A stretch of 64,000 bases of DNA, taken from assembly GCA_001244265.2 (NCBI GenBank), contig CDLV01000006.1:1302001-1366000 (forward strand), written 5' to 3'. The DNA comes from Microbotryum violaceum (taxonomy: Eukaryota). Numbering within the stretch: the first letter of the stretch is position 1; each line of letters opens with the position of its first letter. Position numbers and translations under genes: made by a program. This document shows, piece after piece, positions 46,801-60,122 of this stretch. Under the pieces are notes generated by a model. The model saw only the letters and a program-made list of their open reading frames with translations. It was not told the origin of the DNA and ran no database searches.

Positions 46801-49244
46801 CGCTAGATTCCTTCGCATCCGTCCTTGGACGTCGTGGGTACATTTCCGGCGAGTGTTCCAACTACATGACATCACCCCGTTGAATGCGCATCGAGCTGAT
46901 GCGACGATTGACTGCTCAACAGCGACTACGTCGTCAAGCTCGAGAAATCCAATCTGATCGAAGCCGGCAAACGATGCAACGCGATCGTCGACCGAATGAC
47001 GATTCGTCGACGCAAGGACGACAAGCTCGACGGCAAGCCCCTCGTCGAGCTCTTACCCAAGACTGTCAATATCGTTCATCTGCGCTTCACCGACGATGAA
47101 GAGCGTGAAGCGTACGATGAGGTCGAGCGACAGGCTCAGGTTAAGATCTCCAAGTGGTTGAGGCAAGGAACGCTACTGAAGAACATGTCGTGCATCTTTG
47201 TGCTCATCCTACGCTTGCGCCAAATGTGTCTTCATCCGTCGTTGATCGCCGTCGAAGGGACGAGCCAGCTCAACAAGGAGGACGAGTACCGCAAGGCCGA
47301 GACGCTGTTGTCGCCCGAGTCGATCAAGCGACTGTTGGACGAGCGCCTGAGGATCGCGATTGCTCGAGAGGCGATCGAGGACTTTGAGCTCGAGGATCCA
47401 GTCGACGAAGAGTGCGCAGTTTGCTTCGACCCGATTTTGCCTCTCAGTCTCGGCGGCGAAGGCGTCGTCACCCCTTGTGGCCACTGCTTCTGCCGCACAT
47501 GCTTGATCGAGATCCTGAGGGAAGTTCACCGCGAGTTGGACTTCGGCGATATGTTGGGGTACCAACAGGACGAGCGACCGTGCCCGACGTGTCGTACACC
47601 CTTCAGCGAGGACAAGTTGATCGAGATTGAGGCCTTCGAACCCGACGCTCACGAAGTCCGTTTGGCGATCTCCCGCAAGCCCAAGTCGCCCAAGAAGAAG
47701 GCCGAAGAAAAGGCCAAATCCAAGCACAGGGCCGTCATCGCTGATTCTGAAGAGGAAGAAGAAGAAGAAGAAGAAGAAGCCGTTCTCGACGACAGCAGTG
47801 ACGACGACGATTCGGACGTCAAGGAGAGCCCATCGCGCAAGGCCCGTTCGGCGAGCCCATCACGTCCTGCACAACCTGCTCAATTGATCGTCATCGACTC
47901 GGACGACGAGGAACTGCCTCCCCCCTCGGCCTTGTTGGCAAAGCTCGAAGTCAAGCCCAAGGTTGAAAAGGACGTCAAGCCCAAGCTTGACCGAGAGACC
48001 AAAGCTGACATTACGCCTGGGGCCAGATCCGCCCGCAAACCCGATATCAAGCCCAAGGTCATTGATCGCAAGGGGAAAGGGAAAGCCAAGGCCGAGTCGG
48101 ACGATGACTACGTTTTTGCCGACGTTGAAATCGCTCAGTCCGCGCGCAGAACGAAAGTCAAGGCCGAGACGTGGGATATGAAGCCCGACATCAAGCCTGA
48201 CGTCAAGCCTAGCACGTCTCTCGATTGGTTGAAGCCCAAGGTGAAGCAAGATCCTTTCCGGTCGCCTGAGCGACTCCGTCCCGGTCAAGTCATCTTCCAG
48301 CCCGTTGCCGAACTTGATGACAACGACGATGTGATCGAGAGGTCGTGGTATCCAGCCGTCGGAAACAAGACCATCATTCCTTCAACCAAGGTGGGCGTTT
48401 GAGGCCGGACCAATGATCAGGAGCGCAGGCCCACTAAACGTTTGACTTGGATTATCGCCACAGATGCAGTATTGCTTCAAACAACTCAAGGCATGGAAGG
48501 AGGAAGATCCTGCCATCAAGACGATCGTCGTCTCGTCCTTTGTGTCGGGGCTCGAGATCCTCGACACGTATCTCCGCGGCCGCGGTATTGAAACGGTGCG
48601 GTACCAAGGCAGCTCGAATGCGATCGAGAGGAAGGAAGCCATCCACCGACTGGACACAGATCCCAACGTCAGAGTGATGCTGCTTTCGATGAAGGGTGAG
48701 TCGTTTCGCATCAGATAGGACATTACGTTTCACTCATTACGTTTTGTCTAATCGTACTCTCTTCCGCTCGTCCTGCAACAGCCGGTGGGGTCGGCCTCAA
48801 TCTGACCTCGGCATGCCGGGTCATCTCCCTCGATCTCGCCTGGTCGGGCTCGACCGAACTTCAAGCCTTCGACCGCGTCCATCGTCTGGGCCAGCGTCGA
48901 CCGGTCCTCATTGAACGCATCGTGATCGAAGACACGATCGAAGCTCGCATCCTCAGTCTGCAAGACCGCAAGATGTTGCTCTCCGACATGAGTTTAGCCG
49001 AGGGCAAAGCCAAGAACGGCTTGGCGGGGATTAAAGTTCCCGAACTGTTGGGCGTGAGTTGGCCATCAAACTGGTCTACGGTCAGATTTGAATTCTCACT
49101 TACGGTCGTGGAGGATCTTGAGAGCAGTTATTTCGTCTCGGAGTTGATGGCAAACGACTGCAGACTCACAAAGGTCGAATTGTCGGACAAGCGGGGGACC
49201 GCGATCCGAGTTCCTCCGCCCCTGAAGACGAAGGCAATCCTTGA
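43809..49244 (+). CDS. SNF2-family helicase with inserted RING finger (RAD5/RAD16/ULS1 type)
   Basis: GGINADEMGLGKT, RIVIDEAH, RWCLTGTP, LRLRQMCLHP, RING CAVC..CGHCFCRTC..CPTC, GGVGLNLT and QAFDRVHRLGQ. Confidence 0.93.
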
Positions 49245-49517
49245 CGCGATGAAAGCAATATGGCCGGGCATCTGACACACCATATAAAATCAATCACGTC
49301 TCTTCTATTCTTTCTTGATAGTCCCATGCAGTATGCATCCTGTGCTGTAACGGCAGTAAAGTGGTTTCAACCTGGGTGCTTCGCGGCAGGAGGAGATCAT
49401 GCGATAATGCGAAAGCTTACTTCATTACAACAGCGACTAGTACTAGCAATAACTGAACCTTCGACGGCCAAGAAAGACAACGACTACAAGGTGGTTGCGA
49501 GCAGCCGACGTCATCAT

Positions 49518-52500
49518 TCAGTACAGAGAGCCAAATGGTTTGAAGGATTGGTTTGCGATGATGAATGGACGAGGGATCTCCAACTCGACGGAGAACTTCA
49601 ATGGTGCGGACTGTCTTCGTTTCTCCATAGTCGCGATGCGGGAGAGCGGTACGTCAGGCGTTGAATCGCGCCGTTCGAGCGAGTTTAGTGCCCTCTTTTC
49701 GAACTCGGCAGAAGGCAGGGGAGGAGGTGGGTCTCGAGACGAGCGTTGACCGTGCTCGGGTGGCGCGCCCAGTGCGGGTGAGTAAGGTGTCTGCGCTGAA
49801 GGATGGGCGAGTTCGCGGTCCGAGGCAAGTTGGTCTATTTCCTCATCGTCATCGTTGTTCGGAGGAGATTCCGCCGCCGTGAGAGCGCCTACAACCGTTT
49901 GATCGACATTGACTTTGGATTTGGTCGGCGGCAGTCGCTCGGAGGGAGGGACGGGATTGAGGAATGGCTCAACTGGATCGCTCGATATAACTGGATCAGA
50001 TGAAGGGCCTTTATCCGAAATTGCGAGTGGCTTGACACCGAGTGAGGGCGGGGCTACTTCCTCGCCCACGCCGGTGGGTGCTAGGACTGGCTCTGGCCCT
50101 GACGGCTGAGCAGCAAACGCGATGTGATCTGACGTCGAGAAGGACGTTGAAGGGGCAGAGGCAGCATCGCCATCGAAGGCAGACTCTGGCTGCGAAGCAG
50201 GTGCCACAAGCAGTGCACGCGACTGAGGTGCTGCGGCAGCCTTGGCAGCTGCACGTTGGGCGAGGTCCAGTTTACGCTGTTCGACAATCCTAGCTCTGAG
50301 AAGCAACACGCCAGTCGAGTAGTCAGCTTTGAGACGAAACAGTCGGCTAAGCAAGAGCCAATTGAACGTACTGAAATATGATTTCCTTCAAGCCCTTCGC
50401 ATGCTCGTCCCTCACCCGACCTGCCATTTCTCCACTTGCAACCATGCGATCGAACTCCAGCAACTTTGCATCAACTTTCTTCTGGATAGCAGGGGGGGCG
50501 GGCGGAAAATTGTTAGAGTCGAGAGCGGGCGAAGGTGAAATTATCGAGGTTGACGAGGTCGATAAAGAAGTCCCACTATCCGCAGACGGTGCGACACTCG
50601 AGTGGTTCTCCGAAAGGTCTACTCCTAGGCTTGGGGGAACAAAACTCAAGGCAGGACTTGGCAGGGCTGGCCCTGAGCCCTCAGTGGCATGGGATATCGG
50701 CAGTGACACAGGTCGAGCACTCCGAGGTGACTGGGCGAGCATACGCGCAACTTGACGCTGGGCCGGCGCGACACAAGAGTAGAAGTGCAAAAGTGGGTGC
50801 ACATCTTTGCCCGAAGTGTTACGGACGAGCCCATTAGACGCAGAGCGGGCAAGACCCGGAGCGGTACTCGCGGAGGCGGGCTGGGTCGTCGAGGGTGATT
50901 TGGCCGGTTTGCTCCGAGCGAATGCTGGAGAACTCTCGCCTCGTGTTATCAATTGTTGCACCTGTGGGAACCAAGAGCTGGTCAGCCAAGCCCGTAGAGA
51001 AAGTATTCACACTAGCTTGAATACTCACAACCGACGGAGTGGTAGAGCCCGTTACAGGCGCCAATGACGTTTGCGCTTGAGGAGTGCTGAGCCGCGACTT
51101 GCTGCAAGCAGACGTTTCGGGTCCAAGTAGCGGCTGCTCTACTGTCGTAGGTTGCCCTTGTGAATGCACAGCCAAGTCCCCCCGGAGGTCTGGTAGTCCT
51201 ATAGAAGAGTGAACAGGAGGGGCGTTGGCCGGTGGGCCCGAGACCGATCCCGTGGTGGCGGGGTCTTCGAATCTTGGTCCCTTACTCTTGCTGTTCCTCG
51301 TCTTGATGGGTGAAATCTCGCCGCTCCGTTCTGCAGACAATGCTCTTAATGCGAAGAGTTGGAACAACTGGGTTTTTGCGCCCATCGATAGTCTGCCCAG
51401 ATCGACGGTCCGCGCCGGTCGCTCCACATGAGGTAAGTCCATCAGTGCTTTCCCCACACGAGTGAGGGACTCGGCCTGGAGTAGCATTGCGTCGTTAATG
51501 GTGTTATGGTCCAAACTGGGATTAGACGCTTGATAGCTTTGGAGTTGCGAGGCTCGATTCCCCCAGTTGTGAACGATCGTTGTGGTCGTTTGTGCAACGA
51601 ATGGAGCTGCGTCCGGGCGGCCGTGAAGTGGGGAGGCAAAGGTGTTTGCTAGCCCTAGAGCACTTGCTTCCGTCGGAGATGCCGTAGGAAGGCGGGGAGC
51701 GGGGTGGAGAAAGATACGATCGAGTTCTGAAAGCTCGACGCGTGCGGGCAGGCTGAGATGGCAATCGAGGGGCTGACACGACGGGGTGTAGTCGTGGAAA
51801 GCATGTTCCATGGGTGGTGGAGGGACTCTGCGGGGTAGAGGGTACAAAGGTGGGGCAGGAACATACATCCTTGAAGGTAGGAAAGGCTGGTTTGGTTTGT
51901 CGGGTGGGATGTATCGCGGTCTAGGTCCGCCGGAAGACCGTTGAGGTGCAGTCGGAGCAGATTTGACTTGAACTTTTGTAGAGACAAGGGGCCGAGCTTG
52001 CGGGACCGAGGGTGGCATTGGATAAGTACGCGAAATACTTTGACTGTGAGTTACCCCCCCTTTCCCATTGACACCAATGAACTGTGTCGGTCCAGTGAGC
52101 CTCTGCTTCTCCACAGCTTCCCCAACGGCAGCAGAGACGCGTGCATTCAACCGCTTCCTTTTTTGTGGCATTTGAATCGGCTCGAACGGAGTCGGATTTT
52201 GACCCCGTTTCAGTTGATGCGCATTGATAAGCTTTTGAATTCTGCTTGCCCTCTCGAAGACTGCGCTCTCTTGTTTGAACGCAGCCGGAGTGAGGTCACT
52301 GTAGAGGTCATTGGGATCGTGCGAAGTTGTGTTCGACTCTGCCGCCGGGCTGATCGGCTTGGCAAGGAATGGGGCCGGAGGTGGTCGATTGGATATCCCA
52401 TTGACGGTTCTCCCGGGGTTGGTCGTGGCAAGTTGAGCAGTAGCGACGTGGGTTGCAGGTGCAGGTCTGAGCTCGGTGCGAGCCGGAGCCGCCGAAGGTT

Positions 52501-54340
52501 GACGAGCGACCGTGAGGGGATAGGCCGGAGGCAGGCCCTGTGAAGGCTGGGATGGGCGGTGCTGGGCACTCGCACGGCGCATGGATGGTGTCGAACCCAC
52601 CGCCCGCTGTTGACTTCGAGCTTTTTGGGAAAGGGAATGTGCGGATCCATTTCGGCTTGTCGCTGTTGTGGTGTTCATGACAATGCTTGAGGTAGCACCA
52701 CCGGCTGAGACCACACAATTCGTTGGCGAAGGCTGTAGAGTTACTCCTGGCGGGGTCCAAGGTGGGCCATAAATAGGTGGCGTCCTCGTGTCGGCCAGCT
52801 CGCGATGAGTCTTGATTTCCTCGGCCATCTTCCTCTCCTTAGCCATACTTTGCTGGTCCAAAATCTCGCACTGATACGGGGTCACCGAGCCCGACAGCGA
52901 TTGCCGGACAGCGCGCCAGCTCCACAAGCTCCATGCGCACTCTTCCCTCACCTGGTCCCACCACCCCCATTCCGTAGCGTCCCGCGAGACGGAGGGAAGC
53001 ACCATCCTCTCGAATCCTCGAAACACCGAATTTGTGACGAATCGAATCACTTCCAGCACGATCGTGGCCGAAACCCGTTGGTCTGGGGCCAGAGAGTGAA
53101 TCCAGCAAGATGCCAGCGAACCAAGGATGGGTAGCTCGAATATGCCCTGTTGCGCGCAGTAATCCGCCCAAGCTCCGTAAACTGCCGGCATGGGTCGAAG
53201 AATTAAAGAGTCAGTGTCTCTGTGTGTACACATATATCTGCTAATCAATGGGGGCAGCCACTCACTAGCGACATATGTCGTAGCAAGGACGCCCTCGACC
53301 TTGTGATTCCACGGTAAAGAGGCCAGGTCGCCTACTCGAATGATGACCCCCTTGAGCTTGAACGCTGACTCGATGCTGGGGTTAAGGTGAGCTCGAATAT
53401 CTGTGGAAGGTACAGAATGCGACAGATTGATATAAGTGGTTGGATCAAGGTGTTCCCGTGTCGATTGAGAGAGGAGAGAGCAGTAGTACTGACGGAATCC
53501 CAGGGCCGAGCTCAACACTCGAATGCGGTCGAGGTGGGCTTCATGTGTCGAGGCCAATCGCTCCAGCGTCCAGAGCCTCGGCAACTTGGGATGATTGTAT
53601 GCGCCTACCGGGGGTGTTTGTCTTAGTGATTGTGATCGAGATCGAGAATGAGGCCGAGGTTGGATTGGCTCAGGAGAGCGAGATGTGTTGGACGTAAGAG
53701 GCCTAGACTGGGTGTTGGCTGAGGGCCGCCAAATGAGAGCTTCCACCGGCTGAGAAGGTGGGGCGGCGGCAGCGTTCGAGCTCCAACCGGGGCGGGCAGG
53801 AATGAAGCTCGTCATGTCCTTTGGAGAAGCATACGGTACGGCCGCTGTGGCTTCATTCGTCTGACGATGTGTGGACCCATTGCCCTGTCTGTCCGCGGTG
53901 GTCGCGGTGGTCGTGGGAGTCGTGTTTGAGGTCGGGAAGGTGGAGTGCGCCTCGCGCTGGGGCTGGGGCTCGGACTGGGGCTCGGACTGGGGCTGGGGCC
54001 GGTGCTGGTAGCGGTGGTCCACAAGTGGGGCGGTGGGGCTGGCGTGCGAGTCGCTCGTGGGCTTTGGCAGCGACGGCTGGTGCGCGACGTGGGTGTTCGG
54101 GATGCCAAGACTTGCAGCATGTCCGTACCAGTGTTGTGCCATCCAATCCCCCGGCATATCAGGGGGCACCAGGCGCACTCGATGGCTGGTCGAGGGGCTC
54201 TGCTGCATGCAGGCGATCCGAGACCGGTCGACAGTCGGCGCACTCGATTGCGAAGAAGCCCACGAAGTCAATCCGCCGGTGCCCGTCGAAGCGGGGTTGT
54301 CAGCTGGCGTGTAGTACCATCTCGGTTCCTGGCCCTCCAT
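49518..54340 (-). CDS. Large Pro/Ser/Thr-rich hypothetical protein with a central globular domain
   Basis: 1168-aa ORF plus two downstream same-strand ORFs joined by plausible introns (about 50962-51028 and 50320-50370). Confidence 0.75.
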
Positions 54341-55636
54341 TCTTGCCCTCCGTTGTCTGGATGACGCGCACCCACTCTACCTCTCCCAGGCTTCCGGCGA
54401 GTGAAAAGTTGCGATCAGTGGCTCGATCGCGCCTTCGCCCTGGGCAGACAGGTCACGGGGTTGAATAGAGCTTTGCTTTCGCCGACCGCGAGACACAGAC
54501 CGGAACTTGACGCAATTCCTGGATCCCCTGCGACGCACTGTTAGGGACAACGATGACGGGTTGACCAGTCGATAAACGAGATGTGGCCGCAATTATTAGC
54601 AACACCACTATCGGCCCATCGGAGACCGAGCGAGTGCCGGTGAGGCGGAGTGCACGAGACGACGAAGGGAGTCAGCCGCAGTCGAGTGAGACGCGGGGTC
54701 GCGCGCGCGGTGGCACTCGGGTGGCCACTGGCCACGGTCTGCCAAGATTGCAGTGAGGGCGCGTTCACAAACGACTTTGAAAGAGCAAGGAAGCAGTACT
54801 GGAGCGCACACGACGACATGCACGAGTTAGGTCATCGTAAATCTTTTTTGACTGTGTGGCCTGGGTGGTACATCTCGCCTCCCGAAGGAGGGACGATAGC
54901 GGGAGGGGTCATGGAAGGGCGCCGGGAGGGGTGCGATCGGCGCGATGGGAGACGTCTCTGCTCAGAATCGATTGTAGGCAAACATACTCTCTCCATTCCA
55001 AAACGCGGGTTGTCAACGGGAACAATCACGGCCGTCGAGGAACGACGATACAGCCTTCCCGATGGGGTTTCGGAAAGTCTGATCACGTGATTAGACCTTT
55101 TCTAGAGTCCGCTCGAAAGCGGATGCGATCAAGTCGAGCGACGAATGGCCGCTGACGGTCCGCCGTTGGAGCTTTATACAATGCTCTAGACTTGGGACCG
55201 CACACGTATCCTGTTTTCAACAAGCTTGTGGTGGTGTTGCGAGACTGCGTGTGTTACCAAGAGCGTCGCCAATCAACGTGACAGGAGGAAGTTGGTAGGT
55301 GCCGGTGCTTTCAACTTTGTCGCGGTTCGTCGTATGCCTTCCGACACAGACGCTCGGTCGCAGGTGGTTCGAAATCAATCATAGCCATCTCCCACGGTGG
55401 GCCTGAAGTGAGACCGAAATCCGTGCATGACGAGGTCCCTCAGCGGGCGATCTCGGTCGTTGTCACGTGATCAGGCCTCGTTGAGTGTGGGACTTAGAGG
55501 CGGCTTGTCCATCCGGCACGAACTTGTGTTCGGCTTGTCGATCGAGATGCTCGAGATTCGTGTTGTAGGCCGGTGATGTCGAGTGACCCCCTGGCGAAAG
55601 TGTTCCAGATCCCTGACGTTTGGAGCTCCGGCGGTC

Positions 55637-56214
55637 CTACTTCACGCGATTGAGCCCCAGCATGGCCCGTTCCCCCTTCTCGGCACGATTCACGACGCCT
55701 TCCAACGCTTTGGCGATACCACTTTGAGCCCTCTCTGCCAGACCATCGGCCCCTTTCAATGCCTTTGTTTGCCTCTTGGCCCATTGCTTGCTCGCGCTGG
55801 CCGGGTCCTGGGGGTTCCACTTGATCGCTAGGTGCATATCGGCCTTGGCACGATTGTAGTGGTGGTGGTAGTAGAGGGATGGGATTTGGTGTAACAGCGA
55901 TGGGGACGCCTCGAGCAACTTCAATGTCGCGTAGACTGTCACGTGGTGAGAAGGGCGTGGTAGATTTAGCTGGGCATCCATTTGTAAAGCCCGAATGGGA
56001 GAGGGGCCGAACCTTTCTGCTCGACGGTAGACCATTCTGCTTGCTCGTCTTGAATCAATTCTCTCAACTGGGGACGATACACGGCACGAAGGTTGCTTCG
56101 TTCGTGGCGCACGAGAGGGAGCAATTGCCCGAACCGTCTCCATGCGAAGCGGTACAAGGATCTTTGACGGCTCGAGAACGTGATCGTGGTAGTGGTGATG
56201 ATGGTTTTGCACAT
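55637..56214 (-). CDS. Small basic hypothetical protein (N-terminal SLYR..WRR, LYR-like, possibly mitochondrial)
   Basis: Intron 55936-56012 (GTTCGG..GCTAAAT..ACAG) joins SLYRFAWRR...EQK to VYATLKLLEASP...MLGLNRVK*. Confidence 0.7.
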
Positions 56215-56379
56215 TCTGGCCTGTCGATTGATAAACCTGCGAGAGGAGACGAGCGAGAAGGACCTTGTACTGGCGTCAGGAGGCGGTAAGGAGGTGAGAG
56301 GAGGTGGGTACTACGCTTAAACTCCCGTGCTCGCTCGACCTCGCTAGGGCCCCCGAAAGCCCAGCCAGAGGCGCTAGAG

Positions 56380-56510
56380 GCGGCCCGCAAATTTGGACAT
56401 TCTGGGGACCCGAAAATCGGCTAGGCAGCCCGCAAATTTGGACATTTTTGGCTCAAAATGGGTCGAGGCTCACCTCATTTTTGGACATTTTCCTCCCTCC
56501 GGTCCAACTT
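56380..56510. repeat. Cluster of (AAA)TTTGGACATT motifs; possible transposon subterminal remnant
   Basis: gcccgcaaatttggacatt twice plus tttttggacatttt; resembles the TGTCCA motifs inside the 10.0-11.7 kb element. Confidence 0.55.
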
Positions 56511-56759
56511 TGTAGCGCAGACCAGGGTAGCGGGAGGCTGGCCCAGGCGCAGGGCTATATAGCCCGCCCAGCGGCGCGCTGTTTGCGTTTGGAGCGCGCT
56601 AGTGTCTGCATTTGCTGTAAGGTATGCGCCTCTGATGTGCATACAATACAATCTGTCGTTCTTGACCGCTAGGCTAAAAGCAAGTCGTAACTAGAACTCG
56701 ATAGTCCTAGCTACTCAGAGGCTATGGGGCTGTTCCTGTGAGCCCCTTACATTTGCGAT

Positions 56760-57990
56760 CGTTTATGTATCTTTCAATTTGATCGTCTCTCGCTCGGAAC
56801 GCCGACGTGTCGAGCTACGTGTCCTCTTCTTCCTTTCGATCTGGAAGCTCTCTCGCCAAAAAATACCTTTCTCTTCCTAGTCGGTCGATAGATTCACATG
56901 GTTCGCCGGCGCCAGTTCTCGTCGAATCCTTTGGAACCGATCAGCGAAAGGGCACTCGAAGAGCTCGGGCGTCAATTCAAGAGTCCAAGGCTCGCCTTGT
57001 GTCTCTGTAAATCAGGGGATTTGCGGGGCATGACTGATTCTGACTCAGGGTCAATCAGAATCCGGGAAAACTCCTGGACATTTTGCCTCGAAAAAGGCCG
57101 TTTTAACAGGCCGCCTACCTCGCTCGAGTTCGAATTTCAAATCCGTGGTGCATGCGCATCTCGATACGTGCACTCAAAAACTACAAAACACGAAAAGGGT
57201 TGACGAGGGAGGCTCAATGTAGGAGTTGGATCTGGCTAGGCTAAACAAGGACAAGTCGCCTGCCACTTAGCACCGCCAGCGTAAGAGTTCCGAGGTGAAA
57301 CCAATTCGAAAGCAACAGAAAAAGAAAAGGGGACCTTTGTCGACCGAGGTGGAGATGGCTTGAAGACCGTGTGCAGCTGGAGGTTGACGCGTACACCGGA
57401 AGTAAGCCACCTGGTACCAAAGATTTAGGGTACATGCTACGCACTGATGTTAGGGGTACCGCGAACCTCCTTTGATCCGAGCAGGTGAGATCGGTCGACT
57501 CGGTAACGCAGTGGAGGCTGCTGTGTGTGGAGTGTAGGCGAGGATCGAATCGTCAGCCCCGCCTCGCCCGTGGTCACTGCAAGGGCCGGTGAGCACGATC
57601 GATCGATCGATCAATCAAGGGTCAAAGCAAAGACTCACGGGGTACGATCAAATGCAAGCGGTCTTGTGGACCAGCAACAACCTCAGTGACATGCCGTAGG
57701 CGCCATTCAACACTCGTCGACGAGTGGATAGGCTAATGGGGCCGTGACGCCGTGACAGACAGGAAGCGAGAGATCGCAGTGAGAGGGGAGAGGGGAGAGG
57801 TGGTGCGGGGCAAGATGATGGAGGTGGGGTGGTGAAAGATGGACGCGAGACGGGTAAACACGAGACGAGTCAGTCCGACCTTACGCCACACGAACACGAT
57901 CACAGCTAGGTGGTTACTCACACTTTTGACGGTGGGAGGGATCGAACGACAGACTCTACCACATCACAAAGGCCACCGTTTCGTATCCTC
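56760..57990 (-). pseudogene. Possible degenerate multi-exon gene of unknown family
   Basis: Several splice-like junctions and protein-like pieces (EWRLRHVTEVV, PWTLELTPELFECPF..*) with an in-frame stop; no complete model could be built. Confidence 0.3.
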
Positions 57991-58980
57991 CTGAAAAGGG
58001 GGGCGATGCCGGCAAGATTAAGTGGTGCACAAAGTGTAGAGCGCGTCGACGAGGGAAAGAAGGAGGGGGAGGGAGGCTGGGGAAGGCAGATTGGGAGGGG
58101 TCAAAGACGAGTGAGGAGACGACGACGATAAGAAGAGGTAAACGAGAGACGAGGTAAACGAGATGCGAGGTGGGATGGGATAGGGTGGGATCGGGTGAGG
58201 GGAGGTTAAGGTCAAGGTGAAGGTAGAATCAAGGTGGGGTGAAACGAGGGTCAGGTGAGGCGAGAGGTGAGGCGAGAGGTGAGGGAGGGAAGAGGAGTGT
58301 CGAATGAGGTTGAGGATTAAGAGGTGAGGGGGAGGTGATGGTTCGCGGCCGAGGCGCTGAGACTGCAGTGCACGACGGTGCATGTGGGAGCATGGCTGTG
58401 CACACGGGTGCATTGGCATTTATGAGTGTTTATCGGGGCTCTGCCCGAATATGGACTAGATTCGACTTCGTTTCAGCCTACTCCGAAGGGTGTGTTGACG
58501 ATCGGGGAGGCTGAGCCTCACGTGCCCTTACACTGAGGGCCGTAGAGAGCGGGGAATTCCACCCTCGGAGGGGAATACCCGAGGTCTCGTCTGGTATTTA
58601 CAAAAGCGCGCTTGGGTAATACCCAGACGCCTGGGTATTTCTAGGGCGCAGGGTGTTATTTCCACGCGCGCGCTGATTTTACCCAAGCGCGTGGTAATTC
58701 CAGCCGTCACTTGGAAATACCAGGCCGTCCGGTATTACCCAGACGCCTGGGTTTTTCCAGGTCGCGAGGTGATATCGCCCAGGCCGATGGAGATTCTGCC
58801 CAGGCGCGTGGTAATACCAGCCGGCACCGTTATTACCCTCGCCCGGTGGTTTTCCCAGCCAGGTATGTTATTGTCCACTTATATATTGGATCTAGATCCT
58901 AGTCATACCGCTACTCTCAGCTGTCTCAGCATGAGCCAAATGACTTCTAGCCTAGCAGATGGAAAACAGCTGGGAATGGA

Positions 58981-59875
58981 TTACAAGTTCAAGAAATTGG
59001 GCCGAGCTTCGTCCTCCAATCGGTCACAGATATACTCGCGAGGCTCCTTTCGAGTCTCGACCCACCCTCGAATAGATGCGACCAGCTGAGCCTAAGATGC
59101 AGCGTAGATCTATAATCTCGATCGCTCCCAGAGTTCCTTGACCTCGAGTGAAAAACAAGTTTTGGTGCCTCTGCGCACTGACAACAAATGCAGCCTTTCT
59201 TTTTTGCCGCCTCTGCGTTGGCTCGGCCACCGGAGTCCGCTCGATAGCGTCGACGGCTTCCAATCGACTTAGATTAAAAAACCTGATCCTGATCTTCCCT
59301 ACCAGGAAAGTCTGTGGAGTGAGAGGCACACATTAGCGTTTGTACGTGAGTCGTTGCCGTCGTCGTCGTCGTCGAATGGGAGCGAGCTACTAGAGCTGGA
59401 GCGGTCCTCATATTCCAGGTCAGCAGACACCATTCCCCAATCAAATGCCGCGTCAAACTGTTGTGTCTCGCAGAAATCTTCTTCGTCCAATCCTAGCGCT
59501 TGGTCCTCACTTGACCCCATTGATCCCCGGACCGAAGAAGCTCGCTCGGACTCGTGATCTCCTTGAGGAGAGCAGGGACCCTTGGGACTGGTGGGCACTC
59601 CATATTCCGCTTCGTTTGTGGCTGATTGTGGTGGCGAGCGACTTGCAAACCAACCAGGAGTTGGTAAAGGGGGCTGGAACGATTGGGCCTCAGGAGCAAG
59701 CAACGTTGGAGGTTCCGATGGCTGCCGCGAGAACTCGAGGATAGCAGTTGCGTCGGCTCTGGCAGAGTCAACAGGTTGTAGGCGTTTGTGGCGGTAGAAT
59801 TAGTGTCGCTCTTGATACCATTGCATCGTTGCACAACGAACAATGGCATAGGCGAGAAGACTGGTTGCGTGTCAT
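58981..59875 (-). pseudogene. Remnant CACTA transposase gene: N- and C-termini with the core missing
   Basis: N-terminus MTRNQSSRLCHCSLCNDAMVSRAT, frameshift, FYRH, then an acidic tract; C-terminus LGAIEIIDLRCILGSAGRI..., frameshift, EYICDR, like the GRV..WxIIDR tail of fungal CACTA transposases. Confidence 0.6.
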
Positions 59876-60122
59876 GGCGGCGCAATCGAATGGTTAATTA
59901 CGGTGAGACGTGAGACTAAAGAGCAACGAACGACGCTAAGTCCGGCAGGCCATCCGGGACATTAGGGCTACAGTAATGCGCAATAGGAGCAGCGATTAGG
60001 CAGATTTGATTATGTGCGCTGAAGAATGGCGCCATGCGTCCGCGCGCTTCTTTCCTCCTTTCGCCTTCGATCCACATGTGCCCACGTCGAAGCTCAACCC
60101 TCCCCGCCTACGTCTTCCTACC

